From Eledone cirrhosa (lineage: Eukaryota): 64,000 nucleotides of DNA. The notes under the pieces were generated by a model. The model was not told the DNA's origin, did not search any database, and was given only the letters and a program-made list of their open reading frames with translations. The position numbers and the translations under genes were made by a program. Below, piece after piece: positions 13,287-26,572 of the stretch. Location of the stretch: assembly GCA_964016885.1 (NCBI GenBank), contig OZ024742.1, positions 68,820,001-68,884,000 on the forward strand, given 5' to 3'. Numbering within the stretch: the stretch's first letter is position 1; each line of letters begins with the position of its first letter.

Positions 13287-13707
13287 ATATATAAGATTAA
13301 ATTTTTTCACGCTCAGAGTTGCTGAAGCATGGAACAAACTGCCTGCGTCAATTGTTAGCTGCCGAGACACTGCATCCTTTAAGACTCATGCTTCCCGAAA
13401 TACGCCAAAACTACACCTGATGTACCCCTTCCATACACATGCACACGTGTGTCTCATGACTCGTGCACTGTTCATTTTACTGATGTTTGTGCATTGCCCT
13501 ATGTACTGTACATGCACTTTTTTGATGAGTTGTGGTGCACCTGGGCACTGTACACAATATTTCATTATTGTTATTGTTATTATATCATGACTCATACACT
13601 GTTCATTTTCCTGACACTTTATTATTCTATGTACTATACATGCACCTTTGATGAGTTGTAGTGCACCTGAGCACTGTACACAATAATTTCATTATTATTA
13701 TTATTAT
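13287..13707 (+). mobile_element. 3' end of a CR1-like LINE with a duplicated 3' terminus and (TTA)n tail
   Basis: FFTLRVAEAWNKLPASIV matches 19251-19380. The terminal ~120 bp occurs twice. Confidence 0.8.
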
Positions 13708-16351
13708 AAATAGAAGTACTTACATATAATCAATTAAAATATATAAATCCAAGCGAGAGAAGAAAAATAAAAACAAAACAATAATTCAACACTCAGTGTG
13801 TCAATCGGTCACACCTTACAAGGGTCATCGGAAATTGGGGGAGGGGCAAGCCAATACGCTGGCAGCATTATCACGGATGGTGAGGCTAAGATACTGAAAC
13901 AACCAAGCCCCCTCACGAGCATCACCTGACACCACCGTAAGGCGAGCCGGTAACGATGACAAGAACTTCGCCACCAACGGCCCAGCTCCACCAAACCTAT
14001 TCGTGTGTGTATTTATGTTATATTTAATAAATCAAAGCTGCAGTTGGTCGAGTACCCTGCAAACCTATTCATGGATTAATACGATGCAGTGCCTGGCGTG
14101 CACACATGAAGGTTTATTTGTAAGGTCTATTAAAAGCTATGAAAGTGTCTGTTGAGCTTAAAGAGTCATTGTCGAAAATACGCTTCTTTTTAATAGACAG
14201 TGATGGTCTTCCTCAGACACTTGTAGACACCCATCCTATATGTATCATTATCACCATCCGCTTTCCATGCTAGCAAATGTTGGATTATATGTCATGTCGG
14301 TTTTTACGATCACAAAAAAAAAGAAAAAGAAAGGAACTTAATTAAATAATATTAAATAACAATAGTGTCAGGAGTTGTTTCCCTTGTTTCCATTTTCCAC
14401 GTTATAAAAAGTACACTACATAGAAAGAAAATCAGGAGAGGAGCACTATTTACAATACAAAACGCTACAAGTTGGTAAAATAAAATACCAGAAAAATGAG
14501 TAGTCCACAAAAAATACACGAGCAATGAGGAATAAGTAATAAATGGGCAACCCTCGGAGTAAACAGGAGAAGCAACTCATTGCTGTTTTACATTGTTTAA
14601 TCTGCTTAAAGCAGGCTTCTGATTCTAGCACTTATAGAATTAACGAAGCAAAGTTTTGATCATGCCATTTTTTGACTTGATGAAAAAAAATATTCTGATT
14701 ACTGAATTGATGATGCCCTGTGAGCAAGTCGTCATCAGGCTTCAGTGATCATGGGTATGGTGGGTGCTTCAGTATATTCTGGGTGGGAACTCTAATTCAC
14801 AATTATTCTGAGGCAGAGATTCGGAATAATCATATCATCTTATTTTTTTCTAAATATGAGAGTAAACCATTGGAAAGTAGGTGGCAGGGTCGCAGAGGAG
14901 CAGTGTTAAGCATACCCCTGAGCTACCTTGGTTTTGGGCCCACTTGGAAAGGGAATATGTGGTAGGCATATCCAAGAAATTGCCTAAGATATGCCAAACT
15001 TAGGAAATGTGTGAGGCATGAGGCTGGCAGTGTTCAGTGCTTCTATTATAGGTGGAATTACTTAAGTTTGTAGCTAGAGCCATGAAGCTGGAAGGTGCTT
15101 ATTGATTAGATGTCAACAGTGTATCATAGGTATGTACTTTCATGACTATGAACCCCTGAGTTATGATAATGTAAATTATCTACAAATATATACTCTACAA
15201 AAATGTATTGAGTGCTCTTTTCTTTTACTCCTTCACCCAGTTTATATATATCAAAAAGGGTTCAGTGGACTCTTATGTCATATCTAGGGCATAACAATCT
15301 CTCTAGTGCTCATGTCATCATAAAATACACTATATAGTTAGTATTAGGAATGTCATCCAGCTGTAGAAATACAAAAATAAGAATGTGAACATGATGTGAA
15401 ATCTGTCTCATCAAGAAAGATAGTAGCTCTTATTTGGTTTGTAACAACCTGTTCACTCCATGCCAACATGGAAAAGCAAACATATAAATCAATAATACTG
15501 CTGATATGCTGACTATATATATATATATCATCATCATCATCGTTTAACGTCCATTATCCATGCTATACATTAATGAGATAGAGATTTGACCGCAAGCTCA
15601 AGTTGTTTCAGCTAATAACCGTTCTCTCTCTCTATATCAGTTTATGGCTCAGTTGTAACTATTCTCTTTATCATGCTACCTATGATCACTTTCACCTTTC
15701 CCTCTTCACCTCATCCAGTTAAATACCATTACACTTGTTATATGCTAATGACATCATATTTTTCACCCATTCCTTCCCTTACGTTACATTCTTAAATCCA
15801 ACCAAATTTGTTATACACCCAAAGCATCATACTTGTTGTTCTTCTTCATCCTTCCCACTCATGACTTCATACTTGCAATCCTTCTTACCCCTATTCTCAC
15901 TCTCTAAACACAGCTGCCATAGAACAAGGCACCTCCCAATCCATAGAGTACAAAGGGTGCTTTAGTCGAGTCAATGATCAACAACCTCCTTAGAGCTGAT
16001 GCCACAATAAAATTGCACTAAGTACTCATTAAAGTAGTTGCTGTTAGGAAGGGCATCGATCTGGGCGAAAATGGTTGCAAGGATTCTTCAGTTATTTCAG
16101 AGATATACCGATCTTAGTAGTGCCAGTGCAATGATAAAATGCTCCTAGTGTAGTGTTCACTGTAAAGTGCTGGAATACATGTAAGCGAGATGCAAGCCCC
16201 TAGCCTGTCCGAGAGGTCAATAACTCCTGTTAAGCACTGACTAAGTCTTTGATGATTTTTTCCAATCCATGTCAGCTTCGAAAAGTGGACCGAAATGAAG
16301 ATGATGACGATGACACACACTCACACACGCACGCATGTATATGTGTGTGTG

Positions 16352-16385
<34 letters not shown>

Positions 16386-16427
16386 CAGGGAGTGTAACTT
16401 GAAGTTACTGTGGGTTCACCCGGGTAA

Positions 16428-16539
16428 CATTACAAGGGGTCTGACGAGCCGCGGATTACAGAGTCAGGTCAGATCGATACAGATCGAACCTTGAGCTGGT
16501 CAGTGGCGAAACGCGCGTCACCAACCAATAAACGTAATG
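16428..16539 (+). ncRNA. Intact type I hammerhead ribozyme with palindromic helix III
   Basis: GGT-CTGACGA(16441)-GCCGC..GTGGC-GAAA(16508)-CGCGCG-TC^ACC. Distal stem I is CATTAC/GTAATG. Predicted GUC cleavage after 16519. Confidence 0.85.
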
Positions 16540-16906
16540 AAGGAGTAACCAATCGTCCTTGTTATCTTATTTAACTATATATATATATCTTTATTTAGTC
16601 TGTTTATAAACAGACTAAATAAAGATGGCGTAAGCATACAATACAACAGGAGGAAACATAATACCACCACTGACGATGTTGCAGATGTGCAACGAAAGAA
16701 CTTTGTTAGACTATATATATGTGTTTGTGTCTATATTATATCTGTATTTTTGACCGTTGGTCAGTCAATGGTAACATTGAGGACCGAATAAATTAAATTA
16801 ACCGATATAAAAGACACAGAAGCGAAAACCAACCAAACAGTGAGTGTGTTCTGTTATTAATTCTGGCAATATTATTACACAAATATGACGCTCCCCAAGT
16901 ATAGCA

Positions 16907-16967
<61 letters not shown>

Positions 16968-17132
16968 ATACATAAACAGAGAAAGCTTTAAGCAATACTC
17001 CGACCGGCTTCCGTCTCACTCAACAAACATTAGGAATACCTTAGTATAATCCCAATTATACGTTTGGGGTGCTAACTATACGTATTTTGCGGATAACCAG
17101 TTGTATTGTTTTATATGAGACATATTTAAAAT

Positions 17133-17235
<103 letters not shown>

Positions 17236-17448
17236 AATACATTCATATATCAGATTATTTTTGTATGTATATATGTATGTAAATAAATTAACCTACATCC
17301 TTTTTAAATAGCAAGTGTAGATAACTCGATCAGACTCCGTTCCAGTTAGTTTTTACGACATTTGTTAAAAATGAGTTCGTCGGATGTACATAATGGATGA
17401 TGGTGTTGTTTATATTGATTGTGTTATAAGAGATAAGTCTACATCACA

Positions 17449-17629
17449 ATGTATCCCACATGTTGGCACTTAATACGTCTCCTATATTCGGTGCTTGCCA
17501 CCTTCTTGGGACTTTTGCCTGTTTGGTTGTTGTTATGCATCTTATACCGCGTCACTAGAGGTTTTTCTAAGACGAACGGCCGCAACAAGCGTTGCTCTCC
17601 AGTTTCGACATTGGCTGTCGTAGGGTCAG
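17449..17629 (+). CDS. ALG14: ALG14 (UDP-N-acetylglucosamine transferase subunit), coding exon 1
   Basis: Hydrophobic N-terminus, then STLAVVGSG. Donor G/GTCAGT (phase 1) joins exon 2 to give GSGGHT. The start codon is inferred. Confidence 0.88.
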
Positions 17630-19111
17630 GTCAGTAAATCTGTTTTGAACTTCCCTGGTATGTTTTATAAGTGATTGAACTGTTGTCATGTATTTATACA
17701 TAAACACTTCTTATAACAACTGTGTATGAATGTATATACGTGTATGTTTCAACTGCAGCAAGATACGGTCACCTTACTATATCTACCACCCATAACACTT
17801 GTGATGAACAACTCACAACTAAAACATTGACACACTACAAATATTAGACATGGCAATATCTGGGGATCTGTCATACTTGTCCGTATAACATGTCGGAAAT
17901 AGCAGCCAATATATCTCAAATTACACACTGCTGTCTTAAAGAAGGAAGGGCACATTACATAATGTAGTCCTACAAAAATAAATAACAAAAAAAAACGAGA
18001 TGATCATTGCTGGAACGCCTTTGATTATAGCGTCTGCTAAATCAGAGCTGACCTGAGCCAACACCAACGTTGATAATGCAGAGACAACTTCTCTTCGTGG
18101 AAATAGTTGTTTATCGTCGATAAAGTTTAAGAAAACTCCACATTGGATTAATGCTCACATAAAAAGCAAACATAAGCATCAGAAACTGAATCTCTGACAT
18201 TCGCCAACTCACAACAAGCACAAACATACATTTTGTATATCCCCTTTGTTCCTTTATACTGTACTACAACATTCTGGCTTCTGAATTAGCTATATATCAC
18301 CCTCGCCTCAGACTCGTGTCAACTAGCTGTCCTCAAGTCATTCCTTTCAAACTCGTACAGATCTTTCGACTCAATTTTTTCCCCAGAACTGCAAGTCTCA
18401 GTAACCCGCACTCACATATCACACCTGTTAGCGTTTTTCTCCAGGCAATAACCTGTACAAGTTTAATTTAAAAACCCCAGCAGCTGAATTGGCCTCAATA
18501 ATCTTGAGACCCTGCCCTCAATCTTCCGTATGCTGTATGCATGACGTAGCGACAAATACTCCTGTTTGTCAATAGTTTCAACCGGCTGGTGTCAATGGGT
18601 ACAAATGGCTACACGTTGTTTTACCCGTTTCAACGTAGACGTCCTCAGAAGTCATTAATGGAGTTCATGATTGCAGGGCATATGAACAATCATACAAGCT
18701 GGGAAATTTGCGTTTTTATAAATTAATAGTTTACACAAGAGAAACTTTATAGTTTACTGACATGTGAGAGTGATTAATAATCTATTTGATGGATATAATT
18801 ACATAAGTATTTAGCATAAATGGCATACAGAATCAAATGTATGAGTAACTTTGGAGAAATAACTATTTATAAGGGAAAATGTAGGGTTAGAACACAAAAC
18901 CTTGTGATTGGAAAGTTAATTTTTTGTAGCAACACAACTGAGATAGGGAATGCATTGACTGGATTTGTGTAAATGTTAAAGATCCACACACACACACACA
19001 CTCACACTCTCCCACACTCACACTCACACACTCTCTCTCTGATGTAATTATTATGGTTAATAGTGTATCGAGAATTTTCTGTTTTCAGAATGTAAGGTGC
19101 GAATTTATTCA

Positions 19112-20120
19112 TATAATAATAATGGAATTATTGTGCACAACAACTCGTCAAAGGTGCATGTATAGTACATAGAATAATATACAAAAGTCAGGGAAGTGAA
19201 TAGTGTATGAGTCATGATATACCTATGTGTATGTGTATGGAGGGGGAATATTAGGTGTAGTATTGGCGAATCTCAAGAAGCATGGAGGTTTTAAAGGATG
19301 CAGTGTCTCGACAGCTAATAATTGATGCAGGTAGTTTGTTCCATGCTTCAGCAACTCCGGGTGTGAAAAAATGTTTCCGAAAGTCATGAGGACTGTGCTG
19401 TTTTCTGACTTTGAAGGCATGTCCACGTGTGTTAGACACATGGAAATCAAAAAGGACTCAGGTTTGTTGTTGGCAAGATGGTTAATAATTTTGTGGGTGT
19501 TAACCAAGTCAGTTGCCAGACGTCGGAACTTCAATGTATCCATGCCCAGGGAAACAAGGCGTTCAGAGTATGATAGATGCTTGATGGAGGGTATTCGCTT
19601 GGTTACACGTCTCTGAACAGTTTCCAGGCGGTCAATGTTCTGAGCAAGATAGGGGTTCCAGACTGGTGATGCAAATTCTAAGTGTGGCCGCACCATAGCT
19701 ATGTACAGCTTTAAATAGATAGCTGGAGTGCGGCTGACAAAGGTCTTGCTGAGTGATGCTAAGACACCCTTGGCCTTCTTGACAATTTTAGAGATGTGCT
19801 TCGTCCAACGCAAATCGCTGCTGACTGTAATGCCCAGGTCACGTTCACAAGAAGACTTCTTGATATTAGTGTTGTGGAGGGAGTATGTGGACGCTGGGTT
19901 TTTACTCCCAAAATGCATGGTGGTGCACTTGTCCACAGCTAGCTTGAGTTGCCAGTCAGTGATCCATTGTTGCATTGTGTCCAGGTCAGATTGCAGGCAA
20001 GATCTATAGTGTTCAGGATCTGTCCTTTTTATCTCAAGGTACAGCTTGATGTCATCTGCATATTTCAGTACTGTGGCATTCTTTAAGTTGGCATCTATGT
20101 CATTAATATATGCCAGAGAC
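19112..20120 (-). mobile_element. 5'-truncated CR1-like LINE (RT C-terminus and 3'UTR) in ALG14 intron 1
   Basis: YINDI..KYADDIK..ERDLGITV..VRPHLEFASPVWNP..LETVQRR, then RGHAFK..FFT..AWNKLP after a frameshift. Confidence 0.9.
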
Positions 20121-20610
20121 AACCCCTTGGATTCATAAATACAAAGTTTGGTTGTTAGTGCTGATAGGATGCACTTCTGGTTTAGAACTAGCTATTATTA
20201 ATATCCTGCGTTATCCATATTTTAAATATTAATAATTTAAAATAATTAGACAGCATAGATAGATCGTGATTATTTGTTTTGAGGAAGTGGTTTGCTACTC
20301 ATAGCCCTCAAGTACCTTCTAAGATTGGTGGTAATAAGAGTGTGTTGTGTGGTAATAAGAGTGTGTTGTGTGGTAGTTAGAACATGCTGTATGAGATATA
20401 GTGTGTCAGAGAAGTTAAGTGCAGTGTAGTGTGGTAGTCAGGTCATGTGTATGCTGATAAGGTGGGTATGTTAGGTGGTGTGACATTGTGGAATGACAGG
20501 TAGAGCATGGGGTAGTGAGGGTATGTTGTCTGCTAGGGTAGTAAGTATTATAGTAGTGGGGCTCTGATGCGTGGGTGTAGTGTTACAATGATGTCATGTT
20601 ATGTGGAGTT

Positions 20611-23600
20611 TTCTTCTTCTTTTGTTAGAGACAGTAATCATGTGATGTCCCCCAGGTGCTACAACTAGCTCATGTTAGTGGAATTAGGTTGTGTGAAGTC
20701 TACACTCTCAGGTGGGTGGAGGTTGAGGCACTCACTTAATATGTGCTCTGCAGTCTGCTCTAGTGAGCCACACTGGCAAGCTGCTGATGGCTGCAGCCCT
20801 CGGTGGTGCATGGCTGCATTGAATTGGCCAATACCTGTGCATAGCTGATTTAGGGGACCCACTCCTTCTATGAGAGGTTAGCGCCTGATGGGAGGGCTGT
20901 ATTGAGGTTGACAGTCAGTTGGGCCGGTTGAGATGTCTGTTGCCAGCTAGCTCTCCATGTTTGAAGTATATTGACATTTGAGTTTCACAGCTTTGCTGCA
21001 TGACGAGAGAAAGGGTGGCATGACATCAAGTGATGTTGGTCTAGTAGCTGAGAATCCTCAGCCATGTCATGGACTTGGGTCTATTGAGACTTTTGGTTAT
21101 CAACCTGTTTGTGTGATGCTCTCTAGGAAGAGGTGCAGGAGTATTGCATGTAGAGCTAGTGTAGGATGGAGACATCCAGTGATAAGCCTTAAGGTGTTGT
21201 TTAAGATTGTATCTTGCTTCTTGGTATGGGAGCTCCTGCATCATACAGGGGAGACAAACTCTGCATCACTGTAGACCATGGCTAGAGCACTGATACTCAG
21301 GGTGGATGTGCTAATACCACATGATGATCCCACCAAGTGGCATATAAGGTTGTTCATCATGGACACCTTTACATATAAGGACTCAAGGTGCTGTCTGTAG
21401 GTCAGCTGTCAGTCAAATTTCAATCTGAAATAGGTCATTGTGGCAATATATGCGAGGGTTGGGCCATTAAGGTTAATGTAGCTGATGATTGGCTTCCTTG
21501 GTATTCAGGTGGAATGCTGTTACAGTTGTCTTTGTCAGGCTCAGCTTCAATCTTCAGGTCTTGTCAGTTGGGTTATGTCGGTTTTTAGTATGCTATCGTT
21601 ATTCCAGACTCTATCAGATTGGAGAAAGGTGAGGTCATCTGCATAGCCATACTGTCATAATGTTGTTTGGGCTATGTTACTGATGGATATTACTGAGCTT
21701 TGAGGGACTTGATTTTAAAGGCAGCGGAATTTGCTGTCCATTGCTGGTCTTCAGGACAAAGCTGTAGTTGGCTAGAGTATTGCAGATAGACTGCACCATG
21801 TGATGGTCAGGAATAGTTCTTAGTAACTTCAGAGTTAGGCCCTAGTGCCACATAGTATCAAAAGCTGTGGTGAGGATGACCAAGATAGTGCCACCCTTGT
21901 GGCCCTTTTTGAAGCTGTTTTGAATATCATTGGTCAGTTTGATGATTTAATGTACTATATTCTGGTCACGGTGAAAATTTGTTTGCTTATCTGGCTTTTG
22001 TGGGTCGACTATCGGTTCCAGTCTGGCTAGAAGAAATTGCTCCAGGTGTTTGAAAGAAACACACTGGAGGAAGATTGGTCTGTAGCTCTTTGGATCATCT
22101 GCAGGTTTATTTGGTTTTGGAAAGGCAGTGACAGTAGTCTTCCACCAGATCTTCAGTATAGTTTTGTTAATAAAGCTGCAAGAAGAGAATTCTCTGAGCC
22201 ATTCTTGGCATCTTGTCCCACAGTGTATCAACAATTCGCAGGGGATATTGTTGGGTCTCTGGGCCTTACTGTTCTTGAGGATAGCTAATCTTGTGAAAGG
22301 GGGGGGGGGGGGGGGCAGACAGAAATCCATCCACACCTGAAGCTTACCACAAGCTGGTGGTTTCTTGTTTCACAAAGTGGGTGTAGTTCTTGTCTGTATT
22401 ACTCAAACGACCATTTGAAAGATGTTGTTCAGCTATAGAGTTAGCCGATACAAGACATGTAGATTTTGGATTGCTGCCAGTGAATTGTTTATGTCTACTA
22501 GATAATCCTGTTGGAGTGGATGAAATCTATCTCTTGAACTGTTTCTTCCAATGCTCTCAATATTTCCTGTTAAGGCAGTCGATCAGGTCTGATGCCTTTG
22601 TACATGCATCTTCCCCATGTTAAGCGTGCAGGAACTCTTAGAGGGTATCACATTCCTCATCCCAAAAGGACATGTAGCATTGGTGAAAGCCACGTGGAAT
22701 GGAATTTGTTGCTGCCTTGATGAAAAGTTTACAGAGGTCTGAGTAGACATGGTCAAAGTTAGATATGTCTGGTGTAGGATAACTAGACACTTCAGTATCT
22801 GTCAGTTTTGTAAACAGTTCCCAGTTGGCCTTTCGGAACTTCCATCGTTTAACTGGTTTGGTTGGAATTGGTTCAATTGGATTATCTGGAATAATCAGGG
22901 AAGGTTTGTGTTGTGATTTTGGAAAGGAGTTCAGGATTATGTGATGTGGGGATGGGCCTTTCAGATTGGCGAAAGATTGTATTCCATCTGCCTGAATGGG
23001 AGCTGTCCAACTGCTTAGCGTCAAACAGCAATTACAGTCCAACAGTCAAGGACCAGTCATCTAGAACAGCACCATCTGAATTGGTGATACTGTAGCCCCA
23101 CGTGGGGCTGTAGCTGTTGAAATCGCCAACATAAAAGCAGAGCATGTTAAAGAGAGAATCTACCTGAAATCAAGATGAGGGGGGTTTGTGGACATTCATC
23201 ACAGTAACACCTCCATTTTGGCTGGCCGCCCATTCCACAATTGAGTCTGATGGGGAGGAGGCTAATGCTTTCCACTCGGCTGTATTTCTGATGAAAGTGG
23301 CATACCCATGGATGCCACTCACAGTGTGTGTGCAGCTATGGTGAAATCAGGGATCTTTGGTCGAGAACTATCAGTAGTATGCATCTCTCTTGAAGAACTG
23401 CTGTGACTTTATGTGTCTGTAGAAGGTATTAAATAATGTCCTCCTTGGCTTTGGTGAGACCCTCAACATTCAGTTGCAGCACAGTGATGCCATTTAGTAA
23501 GACATCGTGATACCTGCTATGTAGAAGCTGATATCAGGCTGCAGTCATCAAGGATGAATTACAAGATTTATACAAAATACATGGAAACTGTTGATTTTCT

Positions 23601-23685
23601 GCTGCTGTCTCTGGCTGATGTTGTTTGTCTGAGCAGTGATCAGCTTGCAGAGCCCACCATGTGAAGCTCGACAAGTATGGGCTCT
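20611..23685 (-). mobile_element. Full-length decayed Vingi/Ingi-group LINE (EN-RT-CCHC) with (AAG)n tail and TSD
   Basis: FPKSQHKPSLI..KRWKFRKANW, PKPNKPADDPKSYRPI and CQCGSLEQTAEHILSEC motifs. Flanks are ATGTGGAGTT (20601-20610) and GTGTGGAGTT (23686-23695). Confidence 0.82.
23625..23685 (-). ncRNA. HDV-like ribozyme fold (degenerate) at the Vingi 5' end
   Basis: P1 AGAGCCC/GGGCTCT, P2 TTGTC/GACAA, P3 AGC/GGT (one mismatch), L3 TTCACAT, J4/2 GCTCA, in HDV order. It starts at the first base after the TSD. Confidence 0.6.
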
Positions 23686-24930
23686 GTGTGGAGTTGTGAA
23701 GATGTGTGGAATATTATGTAAGGAAGAAGTGTAGGGTTTGAAATTTGTGTGTTAACCTGAACAATATAATAATAAATCCAAATATAGGGTCCCACCCTTG
23801 CAAGCAGGGAAGAGCGGGCGTAAAATGATGATGATGATGATGATATATATTTGGGTCGTACTGGAGTCATGACAAAAAGCACCTAGTCTACTCTGTAAGG
23901 TAGTACTGGTTCCATGAAAAATGCTCACAGTCCACACTGTAAGGTGGTTGTGTTTAATGTCTATTTTCCATGCAAGCATGTAAAATAGACATTAAAATGT
24001 GATGATGAAATGATCATAAACAGGAATCTAGTATTTGTTTTTTTTTTTTTACTGCTTAGTCATGGGGGAAGGGCATGATCCTTTATTTTTTCAGTCGCTT
24101 TAAGACTGGCAGGAGGAAGATAGGAAGTTATCTTCAAATCGGAGACCTGGCCTGAATGCTGGCAACAGTATGAACTCCACTTAAGGCACCCAAGAACCAG
24201 GTGGTGGTGTTAAACCAGGTGATTGATTAAGTCTACCTCTAAAGAACTCAGAATACAAAAAGACGAAACAAAGATCACAAGGCATGTCATCTGATACTGA
24301 AAGAATTCCGTCAGTTCACTGACCTGGATTGGAACTTATTTTATAAACTCCAAAAGGATGAAAGGGAAAGTTGACCTCGGCGAAATTTGGACTCGGTTAA
24401 GTATTTAATAGGGCTAGGTCGTAGGCAGTCTACTATTCCTTTTCTGCTTACTCTTACTAGTTAGCACTTTGGTATATGCCCCATCATATGAGGTGGTAGT
24501 ACTGGTATCAAGAAAAATGCTCTCTGTTCACACTGTAATGTTGTTGGTAATTGGAAGAGTATCCAACTGTAGAAACTAAAACAATGTATGAGCAGGATGT
24601 GGTCACCTGACTTGTCTTGCATCAGAATGTGACAACTCCTCTAACCTATCAAACATGGAAAATAGTGATATATGAAAGTGAGATGACTGTACTACTACAG
24701 ATATGTGATGTAAGTGAATGGATGGTGTGTGGTGGTGGTGGAACAAGTGACCCTATGTCTATGTCAAAAATCACCATGATTATGTAAACATGAAATATTA
24801 TCTGAAATATGTCATATATATATATATATATGAATAACTGTATGTTGTGTTTATCAATAATATAGGATATGTGATGTAGATAGTATTCACCCGGTCTGAG
24901 AATTGAACTCACAACCTTTCTATTGTAAGG

Positions 24931-24988
<58 letters not shown>

Positions 24989-25429
24989 CATGCTGCATTA
25001 CAACAATCAGTGCATAGATGAGGGAGTATCAAGCTAACTCTAAATGTCATTTGGCTTACTAGAAATAGCAGCCAATTCATCATCATGCCATGCCCTAAAG
25101 TTTTGAAAAAGAAGGACACATTGGCTAAGGTAATCCAGCATAAACTATGAGTAAAGATGGGATGGTCCTGATTGGAACATCTTTGATTATAGATCAATCT
25201 CTATTAAATACCTTCATGGTGCTATGTCTCTGGTTGACATGTTCTAGATACTCTGCAGTGGGATTGAACTTCTTAAACACACATCTATGATTGCTCCAAT
25301 ATGTATTCAGTGTTAAGAATAACAATATATCAACGCTCACTTGAAGCTAAACAACAAGAAGTCTTGTGAAGTTTTTGAATGTGGTGAATTATCATCTTAT
25401 TTAACTATTCTGTTTCTTCTATTGACCAG

Positions 25430-25584
25430 GGGGTCACACAATGGAGATGATTCGTTTGCTGAGTGGACTCACTGAAAGATATCATCCACGCCACTATATT
25501 GTTGCAGGTTCAGATCAGTTTAGTGATACCAAGATTGAGGAATTTGAATTGAGGCGCTCATTCAGCACTGATGGAGATAAAGCT
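25430..25584 (+). CDS. ALG14: ALG14 coding exon 2
   Basis: CAG acceptor. Encodes GHTMEMIRLLSGLTERYHPRHYIVAGSDQFSDTKIEEFE. GTAAGT donor, phase 0. Confidence 0.95.
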
Positions 25585-26572
25585 GTAAGTTACACTTTAT
25601 ATTATTGTAGTAGTTAGGTTGTTATTGTTGATGATGTTTATCTAATCTCTTGTCATATCTGTAATTAAAATTAATAAAATTTGAAAATCTTTGTTTAGAA
25701 TAGATACACAGGTTTGTCTGCATGTCATAAGAGGTTTGGCATTAGGAAGGGCATCCAGCTGTAAAATGTTATCTCAGAACATTCTGTCCAACTCATGCCA
25801 ACAAGGAAAAGTGAACGTATGTTGACGATGATGACGAAATTTCTACTGTCTTCCAGAAATGAGGCTGGCCAACACTCTAGTATTGAGTTTAAAAGCATGA
25901 ACACACTGGGTATAGTTTGGTGTTCTCTATCTTAGGTTACTTATCAATTCTCGCGTCTTTGCTCCCACTCTCTATGATTAGGGACTATATCATATATTGT
26001 TTTAGGGAGGAAGCCTGAAGTTGGATTTGTTTTTTTGTTTTTTTTTTATTTCATACATCATCCTCCAACCATTCCTCTGGGGGGCAAGCTTGATGTTTAA
26101 TATTGACCCCCACTTTTTATGGTCCAATTTTTAGATTGCTCTTTTTCATGGGTGGCCTTTTTTTATGCCTCATTGTTAAGTCCTTTTTATTTTTGATGCT
26201 CCCTTTCTTTTCCTATCAATTTTATCTAGGTTTTTGACCTCAATATTCCTGGTTTAATATCCTATCCAATGATAGATTTCTCTCCAGCTACTCAGCTGTT
26301 TTTTAACCCCAAGTCATCCCATCCCATCCAATCTTTCAGTTGTATATTATTTTGTACTATATTATCCAATGTGGCCTTCTTTTTTTATGATGGTAGGGTG
26401 TGTTTTAATGGATATTTGGTTACTATTTCCAGCAGGTTCAGTGACATATGATACTCTTTTGTTGGCTCTCCAGTAATGCTCAGAGGTGGAGGTTTATATG
26501 GGATCTTTATAATATGCCATCACCTTGGCTTTTAAGATAATACAAAGATGCTATAATGCACTACAGGATAAA

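Noticed and set aside
14700-14745. Minus-strand CTGATGA (also CCGATGA near 13825 and CTGATTA near 33985)
   Set aside because: Stem II, GAAA or stem I is missing; too weak to call.
16500-16556. E2F-like TGGCGAAA and CCAAT boxes as the ALG14 promoter
   Set aside because: Largely explained by the hammerhead core and flank, and no TSS evidence is available.
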